Shown here: positions 51,201-64,000 of the stretch, piece after piece
Position numbering within the stretch: the first letter of the stretch is position 1
How the letters are laid out: each line of letters starts with the position of its first letter
Assembly: GCA_973851085.1 (NCBI GenBank)
Contig: OZ316775.1
Coordinates: 19,096,001 to 19,160,000 of the forward strand
Source: Ptychomitrium polyphyllum
Lineage: Eukaryota
Direction: 5' to 3'
DNA length: 64,000 nucleotides
Notes under the pieces: model-generated
Told to the model about the DNA's origin: nothing
Databases searched by the model: none
The model's input: only the letters and a program-made list of their open reading frames with translations
Made by a program: the position numbers and the translations under genes

Positions 51201-53947
51201 ATTGGGCGCTTATGCGAAAGGTTTGAGAACATGATTTATTACCTGGAGATGATTATTAAGTCTGTCAATTTAGGCTGCTTGACGTTGTGTATGATAGTCT
51301 AAAGACTGTATATCAGCATCTCAGAGCTCAATGTTTATTAATTAGTTGACTTATACTCTAGCGTAGCTCGTTCAGGAATTTTCTAAAAGGAAGCTGAGTT
51401 CCCTTCCTCCTTTTGCAGAGCCGAGTGATACCTGATCTGACGTCTTGTTCCATCCTGATCAACGCTTTTGGCAGAGCTCGAGAATGGGATAAAGTTGACT
51501 TAGTTCTAGTCGAAATGGGAACATATGGGATCAAAGCAGATCTTATGGTTTATAATGCGCTTATGAGTGTTTACGGCAAAGCAGGGCTTTTTCATGAAGT
51601 TGAACTTGTTGTCAAGTCCCTTAGAGCCGAAGTTGCTCGCCTTCAAGAACTTGGTAACAGTTCCTTAGCATTCGATTTAGTTACATATAACACATTGTTG
51701 GATGTATATGGAAAGGCTGGCCGACTTAATGATGTCATCTACTGGTTCTCTGAAATGAAGAAGGCTGGAGTGCAACCCGATGTGCTGACATTCAATTCAC
51801 TCGTAAATGCATACGGCAAAGCCAGCCATTATGATGGGGTATGACCAGACTTTCTTCACTATCTTGGTTTCACTATATTGTTTTATTTTGTTAAATGCAT
51901 TGGTCTCGCTCAGTTTTCTCATATAGTTCTCTATTGCTGCTTGTCATGATTTCAGGTGAAAGAAGTGCTCGAGCTCTTTAGAGAGTATAATTACAAATCT
52001 GACCTAGTATTCTACAACACTCTGCTCTTCATGTTTGGAAGGGGCGGACATTATGCTGATGCGTGGAAGATTCTTGAAGACATGAAAGAAGCTGGCTTTG
52101 CGCCAACTTTAGAAACATACAACTCTCTTATCCTTGTATTTGGTCGAGGCAGTATTCAGCAAGGTCTTCAAGTATTTGCGGACATGGTAGCATGTAATGT
52201 AGATGTAAGCTTCTCGTGCCCTTCCTACTTCACTCGTGTAATTTGTGTGTCGCGCTTCCACTCTGCAGAACTTGTGTTGTGCTATAAATAGCATTTTCTA
52301 ATCATTGTCAAGGCTAGCAAGGTATTAGCTTACTGGGTTCTGTTCTTGAATTCTATCTAATGTCGTTCTCTTTGCATGCAGCCAAACATGGTGACTTTCA
52401 GGCTTCTAATGGATATACATTCAAAGAAAGGGTTGGTAGATGAATGTTTGAAAATTTATCACGAGTCTCAGAAATATCCCTATTGCAAGTTTGACGAATC
52501 ACTGATGTGCGCGGCCGCAAGAGCATGTTGCAACATGCGATGTATCGAGAAAGCTGAGGATTTGGTGGCGGCTGCTGAGGCTGAGGGCATTGTCCTCCCT
52601 CTTGCTTGCTACAATTGGCTAATCCTTGGTATATATATTCCCCAGCCTGTAATGCCAAATGTATCCCCAGCACCTTTCAGTTCCTGTAGTGTTCCCTGCG
52701 CTCTCAGGGATCCTTCTTCATATCGTGCTGGAAGGTGTTTAAGTTATCTTTTATTGACATGATTAATTGTTAGATGTTTCCTTAATCATGTGTGGATGAG
52801 CCTAGTATCAGGGTGTGTTATATATATCCTTTCAATTGCATCCTACTCTTATGAAATCAAGGAGGCTTATCGCTGGGTATTTTGTGCAGGTCATGGGAAG
52901 AAAGGGCAATGGCAGGAATCTGAAAACATGTTCGAGAAGATGAAGGCAAAAGGTGTTAGACCTGGTGCTCAAAGCTTCTCCTTTTTACTTGAAGCATATA
53001 GCTTAAGTGGACAAATTCCTAAAGGCGAGAAGCTCATTGCAAGAATGAAAGAAGAGAATCTTATTTGCGGGACAGCTGGGCATAATTCATTGTTACGGTT
53101 CTACATGCGAGCTGGTGATTTAGGGTCCATAATGCAGACGTATGAGATTTGTCAAACTCGAGGACCCAAACCAAATCAAAGCTCTTATGTATCATTGATT
53201 GAAGCACTAACAAAAGAAGGAACCGTAGATGAGAGACTATGGGTCATTGCTCAAGACCTCGAAAACGCCTCATTTGATGCTCACTACACTATTCACGGTG
53301 CTCTGCTTTCGGCGCTGGGGCGATGTGGACAAAGCCAGGATGCAGAGAGGCTGGTCGAAGTTCTCCGAAGGCTTGGCTGCTCCACAGAGGTGTGCAATCT
53401 GTTCCAGAATGGCGAAGTGACCCAGGATGGCTGGAAAAGAATCTCCACCCTCTTCAAGTCAATGGAACGGGAGGGTATCAACTTGGAAGCTGAGCGCAAC
53501 TTCCACAATGCCCTGATCGACGCCCTCTGGAGCTGTGATTACAAAATGCGAGCTCTCCAAATTACCGAATTGAGTGTTACTTTTGGGGTGTTCGGTACCA
53601 GTGTCTGTCATTGGAAAAACGATTGCTGGACGTTGGATGTTCGTTTTACTGGCACTGGAGCTGCACAGATTCTTCTCCTCACATGGCTTTCAGGAATTCG
53701 GCAAGCAATCAAGTCAGGGCAGAAGCTTCCTTCCAAGGTCAGGATCCTACTGGCATGGGAGTGGCAGCTCAGAACGGGTGAGAACTGGGGTGCCCGGGAT
53801 GGTGTCTCAGCGCATTTGAATGTTTTGAAGGCTCCATTTGTGTTGGTCAAGGAAGGGCAGGAGCTAGAAGCTGCTGGCAGCACTCTCCGGAAATGGTTGC
53901 TCAAGGAGAAAACGGTCCAAGGTCTTGTATTCACCAGCAAATTGTAA
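48267..53947 (+). CDS. P-class pentatricopeptide repeat protein with C-terminal SMR-like domain, probably plastid-targeted; 10 exons
   Basis: Exons (approx. 48267-48520, 48889-49472, 49609-49752, 50195-50495, 50738-50944, 51072-51220, 51419-51838, 51956-52204, 52382-52628, 52890-53947) splice in frame. Tandem 35-aa PPR motifs (e.g. DLVTYNTLLDVYGKAGRLNDVIYWFSEMKKAGVQP). The C-terminus FHNALIDALW..WTLDVR..GAAQILLLTWL..APF..WL resembles PPR-SMR proteins. Confidence 0.92.
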
Positions 53948-55740
53948 CATGATATTTTACACCGCTCGAAGGTGAATTATTCTTTTTTCTTGCATTAAAA
54001 GCAAGGCCTTGCTATTGGATGTTTCTAAATCAATTCGCTTGTACACTTGCAGAGATGCTTATCAGCTCTAAGTTAGTCTGTGCACAGCACTCGCCTGCGG
54101 ATCTGTGCAAGTATGCGTCTGTTTTATTGCACTAAAAAGACCGTCCAAAAACTCATATTTTTTTAGACGATAAATCCATACTGTTTCGCAAAGATATGAA
54201 AATGTTGCCACCGTCCCTATTACATCAAAATGGAAGAAAACAAGCATAATCTCAAACCGTGTTTGGATACTAAATTTGCACATACCAAAAACCATAGAAA
54301 TGGACGACTATTGACAATGAAACAATGAAGGTAGAACAAATTTCAAAAAGCGAAACTGGGGGAACAAAAAGACAAAAAGCAAAATGAAACTGACAAATGG
54401 TACAGAAGTTCAACCATGCAAAAGTGTTCCATGTATTGAAATTCTATTATGGTCTAATGATTTCTTCAGAAGTAAAAAATAGTCACAACCCTACTGCGAC
54501 TATGAATTACAGTCACAAGCAATCATTCCATTTACAGTATGCCGATGACAGAGCATTCATTCCGCAGCAAAGCAAAGTTTTCTACCTTGTGTCGGGGGAG
54601 CAGGGGTGAGAGCGGGGGGTGGACGTAAACAAGCATTCTTAACTAAAGAAAAAGCATCTGCTTTAATACCACGATGTCATGTAAACAATGTACGAAAATT
54701 CTGTTGAAACACACAATCCTTACTTCTACCCCACCTAGTAAGAGGAACACCAGCAAAACACATGAACACAAAGCCAGAAAACTGTATTTAGTTGGGTGTA
54801 CACTAATGAGCACCTGACAACCAGAACAGTATCTCTTTATGAGGCAATCCAGTCACTAATTTCTCCTTCCCATAACACAACATACTAAAGTACTGAGATC
54901 TGAAGTTTTTCAGGAAGAGAATAATTCCTAGTTCCATGAGTCTCACAGTCTGTCTACCCAGCGCGAGGAAAGGACTCCTCGCGGCTGCAATCTGATGTGC
55001 ATTGCGACCCCCAATAATGGAATCCCACTGTGCAGGAAGGCCAGTCAATCAGGAAGGCAAGACCAAACTCCAAAGCACAGACGGTCGTCAAGGGGGAGCG
55101 CAGCCGGGTGCGACGCGCGCGGAAGCAGGACTTTTCCAGCCAAAACTGCAGCCCAGCTCTAGCATTGCGGCCAAGGTGCGGCCATGGCGTGAGGCGCTCT
55201 TCGTGCCATCTTCTCCGACCCTGCGGTCCTCCGAGCCTGCTCCCAGGGTGTTGGCCCTGCGCAGTCGCTGCAGACAACCAGGCACGTCGCACAGCAAGCA
55301 GCGTCGCCGGAGTTGCATCACCAGTCGATGACGAGTCCGTGACTGCTCTTCAGCAGCTTCCGGGTTGGCCGTGGCAGAGTACATGTGCGGTTGTGGGGAG
55401 TTCGGAGGCCGGGAGAGTTTTTGAGGTCCCAGGTGGATGTGCTGGCTGGGCGTGAGGTTGGGTGGAAGGTGACGGGGTTTTGAGGTGTAGGATCGCGGGC
55501 TTTGCTGGTGGAGGAGGGCGGAGCGAGACGCCGGGTGTGGAGGGCAGATGCGAGCCCTAGGGTGAGGGACAGAGGGGTGGGAGACGCGGTCGCATCTGGA
55601 GGTTGTGGTTGGTTGTGAGCGGGGCTGCGGGAATTGCAGAGTGGGAGCGGGGGTGATACAGGGGCGCTGCGGGGTTGAGGGTTTTGTGTAGGTGGAGTGG
55701 GGAGGATTTCGGAGAGGGCGAGGTGGTTGGTGCGGTGAAG

Positions 55741-58700
55741 ATGGTGAAGGACACGGGGTACTATGAGGTGTTGGAGGTGCGGCCGGATGCTACGGCGTCG
55801 GACATCAAGAAGGCGTATTATCTGAAGGTACGGTGGAGTGATCCCTGGCTCGGGTGTTCTGTCGTGTCGCGTTCCGGAAATGCTGTGTGTTTGGGCGGGG
55901 ATCCGACCTCATGCATCTGCATGAGGTGGATTGTTTCCGTGACGAGCGACTTCCGGTGCCCCGAGACAGACGCCCGAGCGCGCCTCGGACGATGTGGAAG
56001 CTGTTTTGGAAGAGACGGAGGTACAGAGACCCAGTGGTTGGACCGGCAGTGGATGATAGGTGTGACCTAATTGCTTGAGAAGTAGGATTGTCCTGTTTGC
56101 ACAAACGGAACCCGCAGGTAAGGGCCTGTGCGTGTTCCTGTGGTTGACGTCCGCCCTGGGTGATGCACCTTCCATTGACGTATCTGGCCGCTGAGGGAAG
56201 GTAGACGAGCGACACGGGACGCCTAGCTACGTCGCGTGGTGAACGCAGGAGACGGTGGGCAGGTTTGGTAGTGTACGCAGCAGATGGTGACGAGGATGAC
56301 TAATGTGCGTGTTTGTGGTTTTGCAACTGCAGGCAAGGGTGGTCCACCCCGACAAGAACCCGAACAACCCCGAGGCGGCGCATAATTTTCAGGTTGGTGC
56401 AGATGTCACATCCATCCCGTCTGGGAACGTGCCGTGGGAGTGTCTGGGAGGGTGGCTCGCGTGGAGTTGTTTGAGTGTGGGCTCTGACGATGTGTTGCTT
56501 GCTTCGTCGTGGCGGCGGTAGGAATTGAGGGATTTTCCTGTGCACGTGGTGGGTGGACGTGTTGGGTGGTGTTGAACGGCACGGCGCTGTGGTGTGCAGG
56601 TATTGGGAGAAGCGTACCAAATACTGAGCGATCCGCAGAAACGAGAATGCTATGACAAATACGGGAAGCAGAGCGTGTCACAGTACGGTCTCTGGACTCT
56701 GGATGCAGTGTGGTTGGGTGGATGTTGACGATCTTTGCAGTCTGCGGCGCTGGTAGCAGTAGGAGTCTCTGGTTGAGATGAGAGAGTGAGGAAGTGGTGA
56801 AGTGACGACTTTGCAGACTGGGTGTGGGCTGGGCCTTACACATGTCGGTGGGGGCTGTGCAGAGATGCAATGGTGGATGCGGCTGCGGTGTTCGGAATGC
56901 TGTTCGGGAGCGATGCTTTCCACGACTACGTGGGTCAGGTACGCAGGGTGGAACGGCGTGATGGGAGTGTGATGTAGGGGAGTCCGCATTGAGCGTTGCG
57001 GCGGAGGAAGGGCAGTTGTGGTGGCGTGGTGTATAGTGGGCGGTGTCCGTCGATTGCGTGGTGCGGCCTGTCGGGAGACGGAAGTGCAGAGCCCGGAGAG
57101 GGTAGGGTGGTGTGCGTGGAGAGCAGGACGCCTTGCAGGTGCTAAGTGCAGTTGTGTGTGTACCCGTGCAGCTGGCGATGGCGTCGATGGCGTCGATGGA
57201 TACCGGCGTGGACGGGCAGCCCGTGGACATGAAAGAAGCCCAAGTGAAGTTTAAGGTCGAATGAATCCTGACAAAGTGGTAGTTGTGGTGAAGCTGGGTG
57301 AATGTTGAAAGCTGCGATGGATTGAGAGAGTAGCGAGGGTGAGAGGGGGTCGTGTAGGATGGGTTGCATTGAGGTGACGTTTGTCGGAGGGGTAGCGGGA
57401 AGACGTGGTGGGTAACAGTCGGTGGGGTAGCGTATTCAGGAAGGACAAAAGGAGAGGGAAGGCGAGCTGGCGGGTCTTCTGCGCGAGCGGATCGAGCGGT
57501 ACGTGAAAGGTGACAAGGCGGGGTTTGCGAGCTGGGCTGAGGAGGAAGGTCATCAACTTGCAGAAGCCGGTGAGTAGATACGGAGAGGCAGCGGGGTTGA
57601 GCGGGTGGTGGTTTGATGACGGTGATCTGTGTTCGGTGTGGTCGATGCAGTGCGGCGTGAGTGGACGCAGTCAATGTGGTGTGAGATAAGCGTGTAGGGG
57701 AGTTTCCAGGGATGCATGGGGGCGTTTCGAGTTTAGTAAAGGTTGCGTTGCATTGCTTTTATGATCGAGTGCTTTTCCTGATGTCATTTTTCAAGGTTCA
57801 GAGTGAGATAGCTTTATTCTTACTAAGTGTGAGAATTAGATTCAGGTTTGTGGGTTCTTCTGTCAATGGCCATGATATGGGGTATGTTAATGACATGCTT
57901 GGGTTGAGTTCGGAACACCCTGGAGGCTGTTTTTTTGCTAGCGCCATTCTATAAGCAGAGTACATGTATATGTAAATGTTAATAGCTGAAGGTAGCAATT
58001 CTAGCACAATCTGAGCCGTTGAGCGGTGGGCTTTGCAGCTTTTGGGGAGGCAATGCTACACACCATTGGATATATCTATGCGAGACAAGCGGCAAAGGAG
58101 ATGGGCAAGAATATATATTATCTGGGTGTTCCGTTTCTAACTGAATGGGTTCGCGACAAAGGACACTTCATCAAATCTCAAGTTACTGCTGCTGCTGGTA
58201 TGTTTTGGTCGTTATCTGATAATTTTGTGAAAGATTACTGTGTGTGCGGTAGGTTTGTTCAAACTATTTCTATGGCTAGTTAGAGTTGAATGCCATGTAA
58301 CCAGGATGCTCGCACGAGAGCGCGAGGTTTGGAGGTTATCATGATGCCGCGTGTTATCTGTTGTCGTTTGCTGGTGACAGAATTTTACTTGAAATTATAG
58401 GACTTGAATTGACCTAATAGAACTTTTTAGGGACACTTCTCAGTTCTTATGTTATGGCGAGGTGATGGAATCCTGGCTGGTGGAGTTGTCTTGGCAGGCG
58501 CAATTCAATTGATGCAAATGCAGGAAGACTTGAAGAAGCAATTAGAGGCGGGCGACGGCAGCGGAGAAGAGGCGATCGAGAGTTACTTGGAATCGAAGCA
58601 GAAAATGATGTTGGACTCGCTGTGGAAGCTGAATGTTGCCGATATCGAACTGACGTTGTCGCATGTTTGCCAAGCGGTATGATTACCGACCAGATGGCTC

Positions 58701-59880
58701 TTCTTTGACTTGTACGTTTTAGTTGTTGATACTTGGTCTATGTTGGAACTCTATTGTCGAATACGGTGGACTTGGCGTGTGTTTTGTGAGGATGAGCTGT
58801 GTTGTTGCCTATTGAATAGTGGGAATAGTGGTTAGAGTAGTGCGCTTCACAGACGCTGATCATTCTGGACGGGATAAGTTTTCCTTGCTAGTTCTGGTTA
58901 TGCATCGGCCAATACCACATACGCTTTCTTACATCGTATGCATTATTGTGCATATGCACCATTGTATAGGTGCTACGAGAGTCAGGTGTCAAGAAAGATG
59001 TGCTGCGGCAGAGGGCAAAAGCGCTGAAGAAATTGGGTACCATATTTCAGGTATGGTGCTTTCGTGAATGGGTTAGTGTTTGCACTGATAATTTGTTGGT
59101 GGGTTTTTTAAGATGGATAGTAGTAGTACTCGTTTTTGGAGGACCCATGGATTAGGCAGACGACGGGAAATCACCTAGATGGATCCCTCATTTGATATAT
59201 TGAAAATGATTGTATGTTTTAATGTATCAGGATGTGAAAGGGTTTTCGGGAGATTACAGCTTGCGGCATAAAGACGAACAATCTCCCGAGTCGGTAGACC
59301 CTCCAAAAGCTGAATCAGAGCCAAAGCCTTTTAGTCAGGCTAACAGCGCCAGCGTCAACCAGGTTAGTGATGCTATTATTAGCATTTGTTAGCTTATTCT
59401 TCAGTTCTTGGGTGCCTTCATTGTGTTTAGTCTCACTTCTTTGACGCATATAATTGCGACAGTATTGTGGTACCTCATTGGACGATCATGGTTAGAATGG
59501 ATTAATAATTGCATTGGTCACGCTGAGAGTATTTATAACATCACGAAAGGATGCCATGATTTAGTCTTTAGGATGAGGTTGGGGACTCTAGCAAAAAATT
59601 GGCCGGGCAGAAAGACACACTCATCTCCGGCTTTTGTCTGGCCCTTTAATGACAGAAGATTGTTTCTTTGTGTGATGAATCGATTGATAAGTAGTTAGCA
59701 ATTACACACGAGTCATCTCCTTCGGTTTCCCTGACTTTTCCAGGGATGTAGTGTCGCTGTAAATTGAATTGAAAAGTGATCTTAGAAACTCGATGTGCTG
59801 GGTTGGCGTTGCAGGACAAATCTAGGCTGTTGCCCAAGAAAAGGCAATATTCGGGAAAGGGTTGCTTCTGTTACTCATGA
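55741..59880 (+). CDS. DnaJ/Hsp40 co-chaperone with J-domain and DnaJ-X domain (DnaJ10-like)
   Basis: [31 protein letters not shown] (HPD motif). In-frame exons 55741-55827, 56333-56392, 56600-56682, 56863-56938, 57172-57255, 57440-57569, 58039-58197, 58498-58676, 58970-59050 and 59231-59362. The last exon is ambiguous (59744-59767 or 59815-59880). Confidence 0.93.
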
Positions 59881-61331
59881 CGCATTCATTCTTCTGTGGT
59901 TGCTCGTTCTAATCAGATGCTTTCGGGGAATGTCCAGGCCTGATTTGCTATGAAACAGACATGAGATCAATCTGGATACTTCGCCTTGTCTTCTAGCTTC
60001 CCATTTGTGTACATTGACTGCCAGTACTTGCGACTTCGATTTGCAAACTGGAATAGGGACCTGGGAATGCTGAAGTACTGCTCGATTCATTGCACCACTG
60101 GCGCAACCATGAGCTTGTGCACGTATTTGAAAATACGAAAGCTTTTCTTCTTTAATATCAATGTCATTAGCAAAATGATTATATAAATGATCGAAGGTGA
60201 TTTTAGAGGTACAAACACTCCTTTTAAGTTTGACCAATATTCAAATGTAATATTATATCATGTATTAATTCATTCCATTTGTGAGTGAACCGTTTTTAGG
60301 TCCCTGTTTATCCATGGTCTTTTTGGCATAACATTCTTGAGCTGTATGACCTGCACTACTACAACGATACTACTACAAAAGAGCATTTGGGCCAGATGCT
60401 CTAATGTAAGCAAAGTTTAGCACTTGAGAAGATGTGAAGTATTGAATTTATTCAATTTTAGAGAAATCTCCTAGTTGATGTTTGTAAAATTCAGAAGGTG
60501 TTGCCTCCAGCCTCCTCAGGATATCTACATGGTTCATAATGCAAAGAGACGAGAAGAACTCCAGTATCAAGCAACTTCTCCTTCTACACCTATCTGCATG
60601 AGTGATAACTTTGAACGCGTGACGACCACGGTGATGACCACGCCACCACTGAATGATAAATTAGATAGAATAATACTAGTACTCATCTGTCTTTTCGGAT
60701 GCTTCTTCCTCTTCTAACCTGAGATGGGACTACAAAGGAATAATACTAGTCCCTAAGCAGTCGTTTCTGCACCAGATTCACCACTCCCGGGTCCCCTCCA
60801 GTGCCAGTCCTCTGCTAAGTGACACTTACTGTAGTGGATAGTACTGCACACATTGACTCATCCACCACGTGACTCACGTTTCTATTAGCCTCTGCTTCTG
60901 CATCTCCAGTGCCTCCACTCACATGCAAAGCTTTCCGACCTCATCAAGCCTTATCATTCAACCCACGGCTTACAGGCTTGACATTCAATCTAGTATCTTA
61001 CACTGTATACTAGCTCCGGTTGTGGCTGACTCCTAGTTTTAATCTTTAAGTTGCTGTTCTGGTTTTAGAACTAAGTTACAGAAGCCGCAATTGAATATTA
61101 TAGTTTAGAGGACGTTCTTGTTCGATTGGTGAGGCTCTTCTAGTCAAGGCCGTATATACTACACGATCGGGTCACAGAATCGCACAGCTTTGTAAAATGA
61201 GCAGTTCGGGGCTGGTTTTGGGAGAAGTACGTCATACACATCAAGGCTGTGAGTGTTGACTGGTTTTCTATACCTGTGAAGATCAGTTGCTGATTTGTAG
61301 CCGTTTTACTGCAACTGGGGCTGGAGAGAAG

Positions 61332-62833
61332 ATGAAGCGCGAGAATAGGAACAGGAAAGACGACGATGTGAGGAGGGGTTCTTTGCACGCAGTTGTCGTC
61401 CCGTGGGCAGGTCAAGGACATGTAACTCCTGTTTTGCAGCTTGCGAAGAAGGTGGTTGGACTTGGGTTTCGTATTACTTTCGTAACACCACATATATCCA
61501 TGAGTGAATGGTGAAATCGCATTCCAAATCTATGGAGCCTAAGTAAGTCGACATTCATTCCTCACTGCCTTGACGAATCGAATCTTCGAGGTTGAGATCA
61601 GCTGCAAGCTATTTGCGAATTTTGCAGTCCGTTGCGTCAGGTTTCAGCAATAGATTCTGCTGGATCCAGGCATACGCAATCACTAGTGAAGTGACAGTAG
61701 TTCAAGGAAAAAGTGATGTTCATCGCCAAACCCCAGGTGAAGAAGACCCTTTTCTTCAAAGATTTCTGAAATAATCCCAGTTTCTATACATGTACAGAAA
61801 TGATATTGAGTACGTCATCGTGTCAGATGGACTGCCTGATTATTTTCCTCGATTTCGTGAATTTCAGCAGCTTAAAGAAGCAACATTGGCTATGGGACCC
61901 GTTTTGAAGAATTCTTCGTCAATTTGCCGCGCGAGTCACCTATCACATGCGTGATCCGTGACCTTCGATTCTCGGCCGCTCAAGATCCAGCCAAGAAAGT
62001 GGGAATTCCTGTGCTAGGTTTGGTGACGCAGCCTGCCATCTCCTTGCAATGTGCAGTCCATGTTCCGGCACTAGTATCGACGGGGAGTCTTCCGCTACCT
62101 ACTCAATACATTTCGTCCCTTAATCCACATTACATGATTTCACTCCGTCCGACTTGGAGTGAGGAAGATCCTGCAAGGAGGCGCTCCACTAACATCAGAA
62201 ACCCAACTCGGTTGTTTTCGTTTCGTTCAGGAGTGTAGCCACGATACTCGTGGAACAGATGCAGGAGTTCGCTCTGAGCCTAGGGATGAGTGAGCACGCG
62301 TTCCTGTGGGTGATTCGATCGGACACCATCGACAAAATGTCCGAGCTGAACGAAGAACTCGAGTCATGTTCTCGGAGTTTGTAACACTAACCAGAGAGCC
62401 CGCTTTCCTAGTGCCATGGGCGCCGCAGACAGTCGTCCTCTTGCACCCCTCGGTGGCTGCTTTCCTCACGCACTGCGGCTCGAACTCCACCATTGAAAGC
62501 ATCGCAAGTGCCGTGCCCATGCTTGGATGTCCGAGATTCGCCGACCAAACTACGAACTGTCACTACATCGCGAATGTCTGGAAGTTTGGTCTTGAACTGC
62601 AGGACCTTGGAGCGTCGGAGAATGGGAATCATTTCATCCTAAAGGAGGAAGTGGATCGGAAAGTGAAAAAGTTGATGGCAACCGAGGGAACGGACCTGGA
62701 GGTTGATCACTTTTGGACCAACTTTAGAGAGTTCGAGGTGGCCACCAGGAAGGCAATTGCAAAAGGAGGGTCCTCACAATTAGCCCTGGCGTCGTTCGTG
62801 CAACTGGTCCAGAGCTGGGGGACTAGACAATAA
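61332..62833 (+). pseudogene. Family-1 UDP-glycosyltransferase pseudogene
   Basis: N-terminal LHAVVVPWAGQGHVTP, then VSDGLP, PITCVIRD and FLWVIRSD in different frames. The PSPG box WAPQTVVLLHPSVAAFLTHCGSNSTIESIASAVPMLGCPRFADQ has W->S, G->A and W->C changes. Frameshifts near 61495, 61910 and 62360, and an apparent internal deletion. Confidence 0.88.
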
Positions 62834-64000
62834 TACTATCAACCTTCTCAGCCACGTTTATAGAATTAGGTACATGGATGTACAAACAAGTATCAGGTCT
62901 TAATATCTTATTTATCATGTTTGATCCGTTAGATCCAATTAAACAAGGAAAGGTGTGGAATTACAAGGTCAAGAAATGGACGGTTTTGGGACAACAGAAC
63001 CACACCTCTTCCAAGTCAGCATTCCTGTGGATTAGCTGACAACAATTTTGAGGTCACAAGAACGGAGGAAATTATATATGCAGTTACGTGTTACATTACA
63101 TACTGGAATGTACCTCCTTGTTGGTGATTATTTATAACATATTTCTGGACAACTGCCTAACAGTATTCACACTGTATTGCGTACCATGCATACCAAACTT
63201 CTTCCTTCCCAGCTCTGCATGACGGTACTCAGCCTCTTTCAAACATATGACAGTAGAGTACCGACGTAGTAGCAGGCTCAAATTCACCAATTAGCAGTCT
63301 TGCACTAGTGAATTGCCAAGAATATGATGAGTTTCCTGGGAACGCAAAAATGGACTCTGTCACTCCGATGTTAGCAATTCTAATTATTTATTAATATTTC
63401 CTTCTCAAGCAAAGCTCATTAATTTGCAAAAGTCAATTTAGTAGGTGAAGGAGAACCGCACATAGTAGACTAGCAGGGATATAGTGGATGATTGCACCTG
63501 TACATGCACTCGAAGATATAACCTGGGCAGTGGATCTATCTGGTTCATCTGTTCACCTTCATCACGATGACCTACGTTTCTGGTGCTATGTGTCGGTGAT
63601 GGTACAGTCATGCTACAGGACTGCGTCAACTAGAGCTGGGTCCTAGCTACCATGTTTTAACGGACTACGGCGTAACCTAGCAGCTTCTGCACCAGTGATA
63701 TTTTCTATAATATTTACCATTTTTGCCTCGCAGCCATCTAGTTTTTCCTGTCCTCATGCAACGTCTAGGCGACACTTGAGTATCGAACCCCAAAATTTCT
63801 GGTGCAAGGGATGGAGGAGTAAGGGAAACTCGGCTCCTCGAAGGCCACGCTCGTACTTACCATGGATGAATGAGGATACTGTCAAGGCTTATGGACATTT
63901 TGTTTGGGCTGACCCTCTCCATTGCGAAGACTGCCCAAGCCCAGGACATATTCTTGCTGTGCACCTTCCGTCTCCATCTCAGTCCTCCGCCTGCCGCCCA

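Noticed and set aside
9248..53947. Functional photosynthesis gene cluster (Y3IP1, HCF136, PPR-SMR)
   Set aside because: The genes are tens of kb apart with unrelated genes between them, HCF136 is dead, and plastid-targeted genes are common.
56406..57674. 422-aa minus-strand ORF
   Set aside because: It is the P/T/H-rich shadow of the G/T-skewed DnaJ introns, with no domain.
63420..64000. Coding-like sequence at the right edge
   Set aside because: The frames I read are interrupted by stops and show no recognisable family; the adjacent window is needed.

Overview
Eukaryotic, intron-rich nuclear DNA from a land plant. The gene set, the F-box and LTR styles and an Sfi1-like basal-body gene suggest a moss, but that is inference. 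The first ~7 kb is a nest of retrotransposon remnants: a truncated LTR, a decayed Ty3/gypsy gag-protease with LTR and PBS, and a solo LTR with a perfect 5-bp TSD inside one of two copies of an older repeat. Six genes have exons that I could splice in frame: Y3IP1 (PSI assembly), an Sfi1-repeat coiled-coil protein, SUD1/DOA10 RING-CH E3 ligase, an intronless L-type lectin receptor kinase, a P-class PPR-SMR protein and a DnaJ/DnaJ-X chaperone. Between them lie four disabled genes that the ORF track mostly hides: an F-box gene, a cofactor-dependent phosphoglycerate mutase, HCF136/Ycf48 (PSII assembly) and a UDP-glycosyltransferase. The most notable pattern is this alternation of live and dead genes, with dead or non-coding units often head-to-head with an intact gene. 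I found no CRISPR array, rRNA or tRNA, and no clearly novel multi-gene system that the sequence alone can support.
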